Shown here in pieces: positions 27,208 to 36,483 of a DNA stretch of 64,000 nt (the first letter of the stretch is position 1; each line of letters opens with the position of its first letter). The position numbers were made by a program, and so were the translations under genes. Origin of the DNA: a virus; IMG/VR virus record IMGVR_UViG_3300036851_000176, positions 1 to 64,000 of that record. The stretch is one strand, 5' to 3'. The notes beneath the pieces were generated by a model. That model did no database searches and was not told where the DNA came from. It was given only the letters and a program-made list of their open reading frames with translations.

Positions 27208-28008
27208 TCAGCATCCAGGGAACGATGGAGCCACATCGCAGACGCCAGTCCCTCTAGGCCCCGGCGGTCCTGGAGGTCCTGGGGGTCCTGGGATTCCAGG
27301 GACGCCGGGAAGGCCGCGAGGTCCGGCTTCACCAGGCAACCCTCGCTCTCCAGGAATTCCTCGTTCGCCAGCCGGACCGGGGAGTCCGCGAGATCCACGC
27401 GCCCCGGGCGCGCCTTTAGGCCCTGTGTCTCCTGCCGGTCCGCGCGCGCCTCTTGGTCCAGCAGGGCCTGCTGGACCGCGAGGTCCAGCGGGGCCAGCAG
27501 GTCCTGGCCTTCCGGCGGGACCGACTGATCCTTGTCCGGGAGGAATGTCGGTGAGTGCCGTCGCGGGGATGCCCTCGGCTACGAACTTGTTGCAGTTGAG
27601 CGGCCTCAACTTCGCGATGGTCGCTTCAGCGTTCATAATTGCGCGTCGGCGTTCGGCTTCCGTGAAACCTGGGAGTTGAATCGTTCGCAACTGCGCGATT
27701 GACGCCCTCTTGTCGTCGCGGATGATCTTGTAAGAGACGTTCTGTCGATTGCAAATCGTGCGCAAGATGTGCGCCTCCCGCACGCTGCTGGCTTTCTGCT
27801 CCGCCCTCAAGTCCTTGTTGGCGTTTTGCGCCATATACAACCCGGCGACCATTCCAGCAGCAAGAATGAGGTAGCCGAGGGTGGCCGCTCCGCGTCTCGC
27901 GGATACGCCTCGTTGTCCGCGCTTTCCTGTCCGTCCGCGCTCGCCCGTCTCGCCTGCCTGTCCGCGCTCGCCCGTCTCGCCTGCCTGTCCGCGCTCGCCC
28001 GTCTTCAC
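27208..28008 (-). CDS. Membrane-anchored collagen-like protein in the lysis cassette
   Basis: GXY repeats before a TM helix and a long GPX/GER collagen C-terminus ending in Cys. Confidence 0.8.
   Translation of the reverse strand: MKTGERGQAGETGERGQAGETGERGRTGKRGQRGVSARRGAATLGYLILAAGMVAGLYMAQNANKDLRAEQKASSVREAHILRTICNRQNVSYKIIRDDKRASIAQLRTIQLPGFTEAERRRAIMNAEATIAKLRPLNCNKFVAEGIPATALTDIPPGQGSVGPAGRPGPAGPAGPRGPAGPAGPRGARGPAGDTGPKGAPGARGSRGLPGPAGERGIPGERGLPGEAGPRGLPGVPGIPGPPGPPGPPGPRGTGVCDVAPSFPGC
27934..28004. repeat. 27-nt tandem repeat, about 2.6 copies (GERGQAGET)
   Basis: Repeated GTCCGCGCTCGCCCGTCTCGCCTGCCT. Confidence 0.75.
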
Positions 28009-28103
28009 GTTAGTCCCTGAATGAAGAAGTAGAGGTAGGCCCCGCCTGAGATGGCGCACCAGGCGGCGGTGAAGCGGCAGCGGTGCCACACGTCAGTCGC
28101 CAT
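28005..28103 (-). CDS. 32-aa membrane peptide
   Basis: Hand-translated [32 protein letters not shown]; GTGA overlap. Confidence 0.5.
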   Translation of the reverse strand: MATDVWHRCRFTAAWCAISGGAYLYFFIQGLT

Positions 28104-28266
28104 TCCGCGCCCGGTCCGCCTTGAGCACGAGCGGCAGTCCCATCAACGCACAAGAAGCCGCGATAATCGTTGGTCGGTCGATCGGACCGAAGAAGACTTC
28201 GTGAATAAAGCCCATCGCGCCGAGCACGAACATGAATGCGTCTCTGAGGGTTTTGGAATTCCACAC
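28093..28266 (-). CDS. 57-aa 2-TM holin-like protein
   Basis: Hand-translated; TACACT-N6-GTG promoter. Confidence 0.6.
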   Translation of the reverse strand: MWNSKTLRDAFMFVLGAMGFIHEVFFGPIDRPTIIAASCALMGLPLVLKADRARNGD

Positions 28267-28278
28267 CCGTAGAGTGTA

Positions 28279-28845
28279 TCAGGTGCCCCACTTGAGATTG
28301 AAGCGTCGTTCATTGGCCTCGAAATTCTCCTGCTCTCCATTGGGGCTGGGATTCCCATCCTGGCCGACATGCTTAATCGTATTTCCGCCTCCATCTCGGT
28401 GGGATACCCGTACCTCCGGAAGAGTTCGATAGGAAACTCCCGCCTCTTCCCACCTTCGAATCAGATCGTCATCCTCGAAGTACCCGATTTTGAAGCGCTC
28501 ATCGTAACCACCCACTCGCTCGTAGACCCATCGGGGCATGCAGTAGAAAGCGCGAGGTTTCTGGTCAGGCTGACCATGAATGTAGGGCTTCGTCACCGCG
28601 TCGTTCTGAGCCAGATCCCGCAGGCTGCCTCTTGTGAGCACGATGTCGTTGTTCGACATCACGAGGTAATCTCCTCGCGCGCTCTGAAATCCGAGATTAC
28701 AAGCCGCTCCGAACCCCAGACCATCGTTGGCGATCACAATCAATTCGTCGTACCCCTCCAGGCTAGCGATACACTCAGCCAGCCATTCTTCGGCGCCCGG
28801 AATGCCGTAGTGGTGTGGAATGATGACGCTAATCACCACTGCCAT
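28279..28845 (-). CDS. GT2 glycosyltransferase
   Basis: ISVIIP, GFGAACNLG, NND, GGYDERF..GYFEDDDL. Confidence 0.88.
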   Translation of the reverse strand: MAVVISVIIPHHYGIPGAEEWLAECIASLEGYDELIVIANDGLGFGAACNLGFQSARGDYLVMSNNDIVLTRGSLRDLAQNDAVTKPYIHGQPDQKPRAFYCMPRWVYERVGGYDERFKIGYFEDDDLIRRWEEAGVSYRTLPEVRVSHRDGGGNTIKHVGQDGNPSPNGEQENFEANERRFNLKWGT

Positions 28846-29302
28846 TCCTCTACTGGACAAGAAATCCGTTCCAGAATGCTGGACGGATCATCATGAAACT
28901 CGACAAGCAAAAGGGATACTCGATTGTCTGTTCCGTCCGAGATCATCTTCTCGATGATCGGAAACTCCGCTCCCTCGATGTCCATTTTCACGATGATCGA
29001 TTCGGGTTGGTCTAGAAGCCAGCGGGAGAAGTCAAAGCATCGCACTAGAGGTCCACCCATGACTGTCGTTGAGGACGCTGGCGAAGGATGCTTTAGGTAA
29101 GGGCACAGGCCGTCCTCCGTCCAGGCAGCCAAATTGCTCAACATCACCCGAGTGCCGTTCTGCATGTAATGCGCGCCATCCTTCAATTCGGGCCATGGAT
29201 CGAACCCATACAAGATGTCCGGATGAAATCTCTCGATCAGGATCGAGATCGAGTCCGTCACCGGCTCTGGTTGGGATAGCACCCAAGATCGACAACGATC
29301 AT
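28833..29302 (-). pseudogene. FkbM-like methyltransferase with apparent 1-nt frameshift near codon 10
   Basis: MIVVDLGCY (ATGA-coupled) is out of frame with ...YGFDP...VKMDIEGAEF. Confidence 0.7.
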
Positions 29303-30012
29303 TTCAGTAGCGCGCCAATCTCGTCCGGAACTGGGGCGCGGGCAGTCTCCGCAAACTGATGGGGCACCACCGGATGAAGATTCCTGGACTCCGGAGTCCA
29401 TCGAAGCCAGACCTCTTCGTACCAGTTTGGGCGAATCTCGTGAGCATGGGGCCAAGTGTTGAGCTTGATCTCCATCTCTTCGTCCGTACGCACATAAGAC
29501 AGGTGATGCAAAGTCGCAGGCGTAATGCTTCGAAAATGAGTGTGCGCGGCGAGTCGATCCTTCGTGAATCGTTGGTCTGTCCTGATCGCGACGATCGGGG
29601 TGTCGGGCTGCGGGTCAGGGAACAGTCTGTATTCCGGCGTCTTCCAGTACACACTCATCTTAGGCGCGACTACGGCATGTGTGGGAGTATGAATGCTTTG
29701 CAACAACGTCAGGATGCTAGTACGGGTGTAGAACTCGTCGGCGTCTACCACGAGCGCCCATTCGATTCCGTTCTCTCTCATCCGGTCCAGCCCCCAGTTG
29801 CGTTGAACCTCCGCGCTCTCCCACGATTCCGTCCACACGATCGCGCCAGACTTGCTGGCGATCTCATGCGTATCGTCTGGCTTCACATCGCCAAAATAAG
29901 GGACGGTAGAGACGAGGACATAGTGAGGCAGACCCAGACCCTCGAACTGACGCACGCAAGCCCCGATAAGTCGGCGTTCCCTGAACGCGATCGTGAGAAC
30001 TGCGACGTTCAA
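29299..30012 (-). CDS. GT-A fold glycosyltransferase
   Basis: QRNWGL...LVVDADEF...HHLSY; TTG start. Confidence 0.78.
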   Translation of the reverse strand: MNVAVLTIAFRERRLIGACVRQFEGLGLPHYVLVSTVPYFGDVKPDDTHEIASKSGAIVWTESWESAEVQRNWGLDRMRENGIEWALVVDADEFYTRTSILTLLQSIHTPTHAVVAPKMSVYWKTPEYRLFPDPQPDTPIVAIRTDQRFTKDRLAAHTHFRSITPATLHHLSYVRTDEEMEIKLNTWPHAHEIRPNWYEEVWLRWTPESRNLHPVVPHQFAETARAPVPDEIGALLK

Positions 30013-30128
30013 TCTGCCAGTTTCAATCGAACCAGTGAAGCGTGGCCCTCTCCATCGAAGAAGCCTGCTGCCCACGCTAGTTCAATTACATCTCGATCGA
30101 TCACTGGGTTCGTTGCCCTCGTTGTCAT
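30009..30128 (-). pseudogene. Truncated LAGLIDADG endonuclease remnant, 39 aa
   Basis: Hand-translated ELAWAAGFFDGEGH followed by stop. Confidence 0.7.
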
Positions 30129-30200
30129 TTTGTGGGATGGCGTCCCTTGGAGGCTGGCCCCGTGGTCGGTCTGCGCCTCCAATGATACCTGTTCAGGCGA

Positions 30201-31055
30201 TCATCGTTGTCCGGTACGCAAAAACTCTACCCCACCGTACAGCGATTTGTGATAGTGCTGGTTGGCGTCACGGTGTACTTGCTGCTCCTCCCATTCCTCA
30301 GCAAAATAGTGCCGGTGAGGGAGGCTGACCGCGTGATTCTCTGGCTGGATGAAGACTTTTCGATCATCCTTGAGCGAGCACGCCCATGCAAACTGAACAT
30401 TCTCGTGCCCGATGTGCTCGCCATAGGTTTCGTCAAACTCAACGCCTCTCTCGAAAACCTCCAAAGGAAAGCAGGACCAGTTCATCTCCCAGACCTTCGG
30501 GCTGACCTCGATCAGACCCTCCATGGTGGGTAGCATCCCCGCCCTCACATCAGGCCACTCCAGATCAACCGCTCCGCCCCAGGTCTTGATCGTGAACGGG
30601 TCCTTGAAAACGGTCCAGAGTCCCTTCGGATCGTAAACCTCCTCAGCAGTCGGAGTCCTCGACATCGAGCAGAGTCCGGTGACGATCGATCCTGGCTGAT
30701 CCTTCTGTGCCTCTAGGAAGAGTTCGATGCCGTCAGAGGGCGTGGCGATGTAGTCCTGGAGGCTGATCGCCAGATCGCAGCCGTGGTCTATCGCGCGACG
30801 GGCCATGTAGTTATAGATCGCGGGCAGGTTCGAGTAGTACCCCGGTGTCTTGGTCAGCGGCTCGAAGTGCTCGACCGATGTCCCCTTCTCCCGGATGAGT
30901 TCCCGCGCCATCTTCATGACCGTATCCATGCGCTCGTACTGGTGCTCGTCCGCGATGATCCAAACATCAGCGGGAACGGTCTGCGCCATCAGGGAGGCGA
31001 AGGTCACGTCCAGACCTCCGTACCGCTTCGTCGCGGTGAGGACCGCTGTTCTCAT
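30201..31055 (-). CDS. GT-A fold glycosyltransferase
   Basis: WIIADE, SLQDY, WEMNW, FDETY. Confidence 0.68.
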   Translation of the reverse strand: MRTAVLTATKRYGGLDVTFASLMAQTVPADVWIIADEHQYERMDTVMKMARELIREKGTSVEHFEPLTKTPGYYSNLPAIYNYMARRAIDHGCDLAISLQDYIATPSDGIELFLEAQKDQPGSIVTGLCSMSRTPTAEEVYDPKGLWTVFKDPFTIKTWGGAVDLEWPDVRAGMLPTMEGLIEVSPKVWEMNWSCFPLEVFERGVEFDETYGEHIGHENVQFAWACSLKDDRKVFIQPENHAVSLPHRHYFAEEWEEQQVHRDANQHYHKSLYGGVEFLRTGQR

Positions 31056-31450
31056 GCCGCCCACCTCACCCTGGCCGCACGAGCCTTCGAGGGATCCATT
31101 TGTTCCTCGTGGCTCTTGATTTCTGCCATCATTTCTGCGATCTTGGCTGATCTTCGAGAACCCATGTGGGGAAGAATCAACTCACAGAGGGTTACTACTT
31201 CCTGCCTGCGAGAGACTGTCCAGTACCACTGATCCTTGTGGTTCGTGTTCTTCAGAGAGATAGGTCCTGTCACTCGGCCCACACCAGTTTTCTTGTGCAG
31301 TCTGCGAACAACATCTTCGTCCGTCATCCCCACCCTCACTCTGGCGTAGAAGGGTCTGGTTCTGGGCTTCAGGGGGTCGCGTCGTTGCCAGTTAAAGGTG
31401 CCCTCCCCTTCCAAGAGAGCAACCACCCAACCAAGGTCGAAGCCGTCCAT
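31052..31450 (-). mobile_element. Single-motif LAGLIDADG homing endonuclease
   Basis: LGWVVALLEGEGTF...VGMTDEDVV. Confidence 0.8.
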
Positions 31451-31863
31451 CACGCGGCCTCTGGAATGGCGGCAAGGATGTATTCGGTAACCCAAACAGC
31501 AAACCTGGCCTCCTCTTCGAATGGATTCTTGTCGTACCCGACCCTCAAATACGACAGGCTCACCTTCAGCCATCCTTCGCTCTGGAATTGCCAGACGTGG
31601 GTGAGTTCGTGCGTGTACAGGTCGTTGTTGCGCTCGAAGCCCGGGCGCATGATGATGAGCCACGGGCAGAGGGTGAATCCGTCGAAGCGGCGCAGTCCTG
31701 GGATCTTGAAGAACCAGTCCCAGAACACGATGCGGAGCCTGTCCGTTCGGACTGGTTCCGGGTACGTCAGACCAGCGGCGTCGAGCCGGATCGCGGCGAA
31801 GGCGAGGTTGATCGCCACGTCGTCACGCATCCAGTTACCGGGATAGAGCCACCGGTCCTTCAT
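31450..31863 (-). CDS. HExxH (DUF4157-like) protein
   Basis: THELTHVWQ...YDKNPFEEEA. Confidence 0.72.
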   Translation of the reverse strand: MKDRWLYPGNWMRDDVAINLAFAAIRLDAAGLTYPEPVRTDRLRIVFWDWFFKIPGLRRFDGFTLCPWLIIMRPGFERNNDLYTHELTHVWQFQSEGWLKVSLSYLRVGYDKNPFEEEARFAVWVTEYILAAIPEAA

Positions 31864-32150
31864 CAGTCCCACTTACGGCTCTGCTTCATCCACGATGAGC
31901 CGAATCGGCGCTCGGCGTAGTTCCGGTAGTCAGAATTCGGGTCTCCGAAGATTGCACGGACTCCTTGATCCCGACCTAGCGCTCTGCGAACCGAAGCGGA
32001 CCAGTTCGCTGTGATGAACTCATGGGGCATGCAAGACTCACCGCATTCTGGACAGCGAGGCGGGTAACTGGGACGGGTCCCGTCACAGGCGTAGTAGTCC
32101 TGCCACAAACATTCGGAACAGGACACCACTCGGTAGGTTCGGTCACTCAT
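31863..32150 (-). CDS. Zn-ribbon protein
   Basis: CSEC...CPECG. Confidence 0.55.
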   Translation of the reverse strand: MSDRTYRVVSCSECLWQDYYACDGTRPSYPPRCPECGESCMPHEFITANWSASVRRALGRDQGVRAIFGDPNSDYRNYAERRFGSSWMKQSRKWD

Positions 32151-32455
32151 CGCTTCCTTTCTTTCCGTTTGCCGACCAATCCCTTTCCATCCACATCTTC
32201 GATCTCTTCGAGCAGTCGGTCAAGCTTCTCCTGAATGGCCTCCGTGTCAGCGTTCTGGGACGACTGGACGAGGAAGATCATGAGGAAGGTGACGATCGTC
32301 GTGGCGGTGTTGGCGATGAGTTGCCAGGTATCTGAAAAGTGAAAGGCTGGACCTGCGAGACCCCACAGCAGGCAGAGGACCAGAGCGATGACGAAGACAA
32401 CCGGCTCACCGAGTTTCTCCGAGGCCCAGTCGGCAAACTTGTCGAAATGTTTCAT
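32147..32455 (-). CDS. Low-affinity iron permease (Fet4-like) family protein
   Basis: FSDTWQLIANTATTIVTFLMIFLVQSSQN...AIQEKLD. Confidence 0.85.
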   Translation of the reverse strand: MKHFDKFADWASEKLGEPVVFVIALVLCLLWGLAGPAFHFSDTWQLIANTATTIVTFLMIFLVQSSQNADTEAIQEKLDRLLEEIEDVDGKGLVGKRKERKR

Positions 32456-32465
32456 GGTCCATATC

Positions 32466-34796
32466 CTACCGCCCCGCGTTCGGGTAAACCGCTCGGATCA
32501 GTTCGTTCCATTTCTCGTAACTGGCATCGACACTCTGAGTCTCAGCGAATGCCCGTCCCTCTCGCCGGAACTGTGCTCGCTGTAGAGCGGCAGGCTCAGA
32601 ATCCTCGAAGATCGCTCCCATCATCCGTAGGAATCGCGTCTGGTAATCGCTGTTGCGCGGCCACCCGGAGAGTCGAAGATGTCGGCTCGCCACGTTGTCT
32701 TTCAGAGCCGCCAGATCGGTCGTGATGGGCAAGCAGCCAGCGGCCTGAGCCTGAACAGCGGTGAGACAGTATGTCTCCATGAAGTTCGTCGGATAGGCCC
32801 AGATGTCGGCCGTGAGTTGGTGCTTGGCGAGAACCTCCGGAGGCTGACGACCCATCCACACAAGACCGGCCTCTTCTGCTCCTAGCGATTCCCACTGATT
32901 CAGGATCGTTTCTTTGAGGTTAGCGATGTAGTGTCCAGGGTTCTGAGCGAGGATCTTATCGATGTAGTTCCACCCATAGAACACTTCGAGAGTCGCATCG
33001 GGCATCATCTGACGCAGACTCGGCCAAAGCGCGAGTAGCGTCTCCAGCCCTCGATCAGGAGAGGAAGACCAGATGAATTTATGGCCGTCATCGCTGCGTG
33101 CTTCCGGGTACAAACTAAGATCAATCCCATTGGGAATGACGACCATCTTGTCTACGGGAATCCCGTAGAGGTTGTGAAGATGTGTCCGATGCCAATTCGA
33201 GATGGGCACGATCGCATCCGGCTGACCGGCCACCTCTCGCAACGATGGACCAATGTTCACGTCGTGTAGCCAAAGGAACTTGGCCTTAGCGGCGATTGGT
33301 CCTGCGAAAGGGATAGCCGCGCGACTGGAGATGAAAACCGTGTGTGGCTCGTTTGGAATGAAGTCCTCTGACTTCCAGTATTCCACTCCGTCTGGACCGA
33401 TCCCTTCAGCGTCCCCCGGGCAGCCGAAGACGCTCACTCGCCACCCGTCCGCTGCGAATCGGGGAGCGAGTTCGAGCACGAGCGTCTCGGCGCCTCCGTG
33501 GCCTCCGGCGCGAAGGGTGTTCTGATTCCAGGGCTCGGCGATCGGGTTCGTGAAGAAGCAAATGCTCTTGTCTGGCTTCGTACCTCGCCGCTTTTCGAGT
33601 TGCTGTTCCGGCTTCGACTTCTTGCCCTGATCTGCGATCTTCTTGCGCAGAGCCTTGATACGCCCGCCGAGATCGTTGTTCGGGTCGTCCCAAATCTTCC
33701 TCGCCGCCGTGTAGTCAACCAAAGCGGGATCGTAAGCCCCCATCGCCTCAGCGGCGATTGCTCTCAGGAAGAGAGGGTTGAAGTCGTAGTTGTGCGGCTC
33801 CAGGGCCACCGTTGTCTCTGGACGCTCCAGATTGACAGCGATGTCCGCGAAAGAGTGCATGCGCGGCCAGTCTCGCAAGGACAGACAAGCCTTGGCGCAT
33901 CCGATCCAGCAGTCAGGCCAATCCGGTCGCTGACGAGCGGTCTGTAAATAGGCATCGATCGCCCCCGTATAGTCGCCCTTGACATGGAAGAGTTCTCCCA
34001 TGTGATAACCGGCCTTGTACTCCTGGTCGGGACTCTTCGGTGCATCCATCGAGAGGTAGCGTTTCCATGCGACGATCGCCGCCTCCGCTAGCATGACCTG
34101 ACGCATTGGATCCTTCTCGTGCAGCGCCGCCCCGTTCGCCTCATTGGCGAAGTAATAGGCATGACGAGGCTCGTTCGGCTCCTCCTTCAGCGCTCGCATA
34201 ATGATCTTCCGGTTCCGCTCGCGAGTCCCGCGCTCTTCCGACGAGTTGCGCAGATGCTTGATGAAAACTGGACCCTTGTACCGAAGCATCGGAGTGCCGT
34301 GCGGGGATCGAACGGTTTCATGGATCGGCCACTTCCAGGCCCAAGGCCAGTCCGTGCTGAAGATCCGCTCGCGCCACTGATCGATGACGACAGCTCCAGT
34401 CTTCGGCTCAATCGAGTAGGCGTAGCGCATGGTCGCGCCTTTGACGTAGGGGTTCTTCTCCAGGGCGTCAAACAGAGGGGAGAGACCTTCGGGTGCTTCC
34501 AGAACGTCGTCCTTGTCAACCCACAACCACCAGCCGTACTTATCCATCGGGATCATGTCGAGAGCGAGGTTGCGAGAGTAGGCAAAGTTTTCGATCCACT
34601 CACTGCGCGCCCAGGTAATCGGAGTTTCCGACCAGCGATTCCAAGAAGGGACATGAGACTTCTTGCCGTTGTAGTTGACGTAGATCGCCTCGATCTCTGG
34701 CTGTGCATCGAGAGAAGCCAAGAGGGGTTTCACTTCATCGGCGCGCCAGTCATCGCCCACGATCATGCTGATTGCTACGGTGCGGGGTCTGATCAT
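32466..34796 (-). CDS. Multidomain glycosyltransferase GT2-TPR-GT4
   Basis: NFAYSRN, WVDKDD, IHE; TPR-like helices; GGAET, WLHD, IPNGID, SSPDRGL, ETYCL. Confidence 0.88.
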   Translation of the reverse strand: MIRPRTVAISMIVGDDWRADEVKPLLASLDAQPEIEAIYVNYNGKKSHVPSWNRWSETPITWARSEWIENFAYSRNLALDMIPMDKYGWWLWVDKDDVLEAPEGLSPLFDALEKNPYVKGATMRYAYSIEPKTGAVVIDQWRERIFSTDWPWAWKWPIHETVRSPHGTPMLRYKGPVFIKHLRNSSEERGTRERNRKIIMRALKEEPNEPRHAYYFANEANGAALHEKDPMRQVMLAEAAIVAWKRYLSMDAPKSPDQEYKAGYHMGELFHVKGDYTGAIDAYLQTARQRPDWPDCWIGCAKACLSLRDWPRMHSFADIAVNLERPETTVALEPHNYDFNPLFLRAIAAEAMGAYDPALVDYTAARKIWDDPNNDLGGRIKALRKKIADQGKKSKPEQQLEKRRGTKPDKSICFFTNPIAEPWNQNTLRAGGHGGAETLVLELAPRFAADGWRVSVFGCPGDAEGIGPDGVEYWKSEDFIPNEPHTVFISSRAAIPFAGPIAAKAKFLWLHDVNIGPSLREVAGQPDAIVPISNWHRTHLHNLYGIPVDKMVVIPNGIDLSLYPEARSDDGHKFIWSSSPDRGLETLLALWPSLRQMMPDATLEVFYGWNYIDKILAQNPGHYIANLKETILNQWESLGAEEAGLVWMGRQPPEVLAKHQLTADIWAYPTNFMETYCLTAVQAQAAGCLPITTDLAALKDNVASRHLRLSGWPRNSDYQTRFLRMMGAIFEDSEPAALQRAQFRREGRAFAETQSVDASYEKWNELIRAVYPNAGR

Positions 34797-35431
34797 CCCT
34801 CGATCCCTTCAACACCCAGGTACGTCTCGACGCCATAGGCTTCTTCGATCATGTATGCGATCTCGCGAGGATCGATGATGGGTTTTCCGGCGTGAGCCGT
34901 CCCGTCTGCCTGGACGTAGAAATCGTAATTGTCAGGGACATAGAAATTGAGAGGGTAAGCGTACTCTGCGATGTACCCGTCTTGGTACTGAAGCACCCGG
35001 CCCCATAGTTGAACCTCGCCGATGATCGAGAACTTGGTGGTATAGAACGTGCTCCACTTGACCGCCGTCTCTACTTCCTTGACCGCGTAAATTCCGCATC
35101 CGTGCGTCTGATCCGGAGCACAATGATGAAGAGAGGACTGATCAATTCCCAGGTTCTTCTTCCACCTTCCTAGGCAGTGAGCGCGAGTGGCTCGCTTTCG
35201 GAGCCAAGGAATCGGGTGAGTGATTGATCTGATGAGAGCACGCCCTCGACCCGTTTTCTCGAAGCAGTCACAAACTCCCGGAGCGCAGACATTCCACGCT
35301 CGCCAAGCGATGATCGGTTCGATGTAGAAAGGAGCTTCGAGTTCGAAGGTGGCTTCGAGATTCTCGTCCGGCTGAGTCGATGCCATGGGTAGCGACGGTC
35401 GCCTTCCCATCATCCCCCATCCGTCAGGCAT
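34793..35431 (-). CDS. Hypothetical protein of WRAW...CGIYA type
   Basis: IAWRAW, HGCGIYA, GEVQLWGRV...GYIAEYAYP. Confidence 0.7.
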   Translation of the reverse strand: MPDGWGMMGRRPSLPMASTQPDENLEATFELEAPFYIEPIIAWRAWNVCAPGVCDCFEKTGRGRALIRSITHPIPWLRKRATRAHCLGRWKKNLGIDQSSLHHCAPDQTHGCGIYAVKEVETAVKWSTFYTTKFSIIGEVQLWGRVLQYQDGYIAEYAYPLNFYVPDNYDFYVQADGTAHAGKPIIDPREIAYMIEEAYGVETYLGVEGIEG

Positions 35432-35586
35432 TAGGCCGGAACAAGTTCGGGATCACGTTCGCGCGTGGGCGCGCGTTCGGGCAACGGATTCTCCTCAGGA
35501 ACAGGTCGTGGGTTCTCACGCGGAACCGGATCCTGCACCGGCTCAATCTCGATCTGCGGGACCTCAGAGGGCTTGCCAATCTCCAC
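35431..35586 (-). CDS. 51-aa Pro/Glu-rich peptide
   Basis: Hand-translated MEIGKPSEVPQIEIEPVQDPVP...; AAGGAGG RBS; TAATG coupling. Confidence 0.7.
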   Translation of the reverse strand: MEIGKPSEVPQIEIEPVQDPVPRENPRPVPEENPLPERAPTRERDPELVPA

Positions 35587-35595
35587 TCGTCCTCC

Positions 35596-35844
35596 TTACC
35601 CGCTGACGTACATGCCAGCAAGAGCGATTGAGCGCTTCTTCTGTGCGGCTGCGGCATCACCGGTCAAGTCGGCAATAACCGCCACATTCCGTTTGCCGAA
35701 GGTGCTGCCGTCCAGGAGAGCGGCCAACTCGGTCGCGTTGAGGGTCACCCCATCCTTGTAAGAAAACGCCTCCACGTCTACCCCGGCTCCGTTCACGTTC
35801 GCCAACTGCTCATCGGATCCGTTGATGATGGTGTAATTCGTCAC
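35596..35844 (-). CDS. 80-aa module protein, copy 1
   Basis: YTIING...NVN..GVDV..SYKDGV.L...ELAAL. Confidence 0.8.
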   Translation of the reverse strand: MTNYTIINGSDEQLANVNGAGVDVEAFSYKDGVTLNATELAALLDGSTFGKRNVAVIADLTGDAAAAQKKRSIALAGMYVSG

Positions 35845-35855
35845 TCTAGCAGACC

Positions 35856-36293
35856 TTACGTGTAGGAGAGCTTAAAGGTCGTAACGAGGGAGAACGTGGA
35901 CTGCTTGGTCAGAGACAGACCGTCAATCCCGAACATGAGGGTGGATGAGGTGGCCGAAGGGGCGCCGTTGTGGAGCGCGATCCTCGTGATCGTCTTCGTG
36001 TTCAGGTTCACGTCGGCTGCGGGCAGCGTGTAAACGTGCGTCACAACGTGGGGAGTCGCCGCCGCTGGGCTGGTTGGCGTGGAGTCCAGAACAGCCGATG
36101 AAGACTGAAGGGTAGGTCCACCCGTGCCTCCGTTTCGGAGCGTGGTGTCCGTGTTCACGAAGTTGGTGTGCCCGCCGCCGGTTACTGCCCCGTCGTCCAG
36201 AGACATGTGCGTGATTGCGGCACCCGCTCCCGCCACACCGGAGGCGCGGTCGCCCACCATTTTGAGTCCCTGCGTGAAGTTGACGTTCGCCAT
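35856..36293 (-). CDS. Putative virion structural protein
   Basis: Thr/Gly-rich beta-type composition. Confidence 0.6.
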   Translation of the reverse strand: MANVNFTQGLKMVGDRASGVAGAGAAITHMSLDDGAVTGGGHTNFVNTDTTLRNGGTGGPTLQSSSAVLDSTPTSPAAATPHVVTHVYTLPAADVNLNTKTITRIALHNGAPSATSSTLMFGIDGLSLTKQSTFSLVTTFKLSYT

Positions 36294-36482
36294 TTAGTTC
36301 TCCGCCCGCTTATACCACGTAATGATGGCGTGACTTCCATCCTCGGCGCACTCGATGTTTTCGAAGCCAGCCAGTTTGGCGTCGGCGATGGCCTGATCGA
36401 GGGTCACACCCTCAGCCGGGGTAAGGATGCTGGAGACCTCTTCGATCCGGACTTCTGGAGTTGTTTGCATGGGCCACATCAT
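36294..36482 (-). CDS. Hypothetical small protein
   Basis: Fills the gap between structural genes. Confidence 0.5.
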   Translation of the reverse strand: MMWPMQTTPEVRIEEVSSILTPAEGVTLDQAIADAKLAGFENIECAEDGSHAIITWYKRAEN

Positions 36483-36483
36483 A

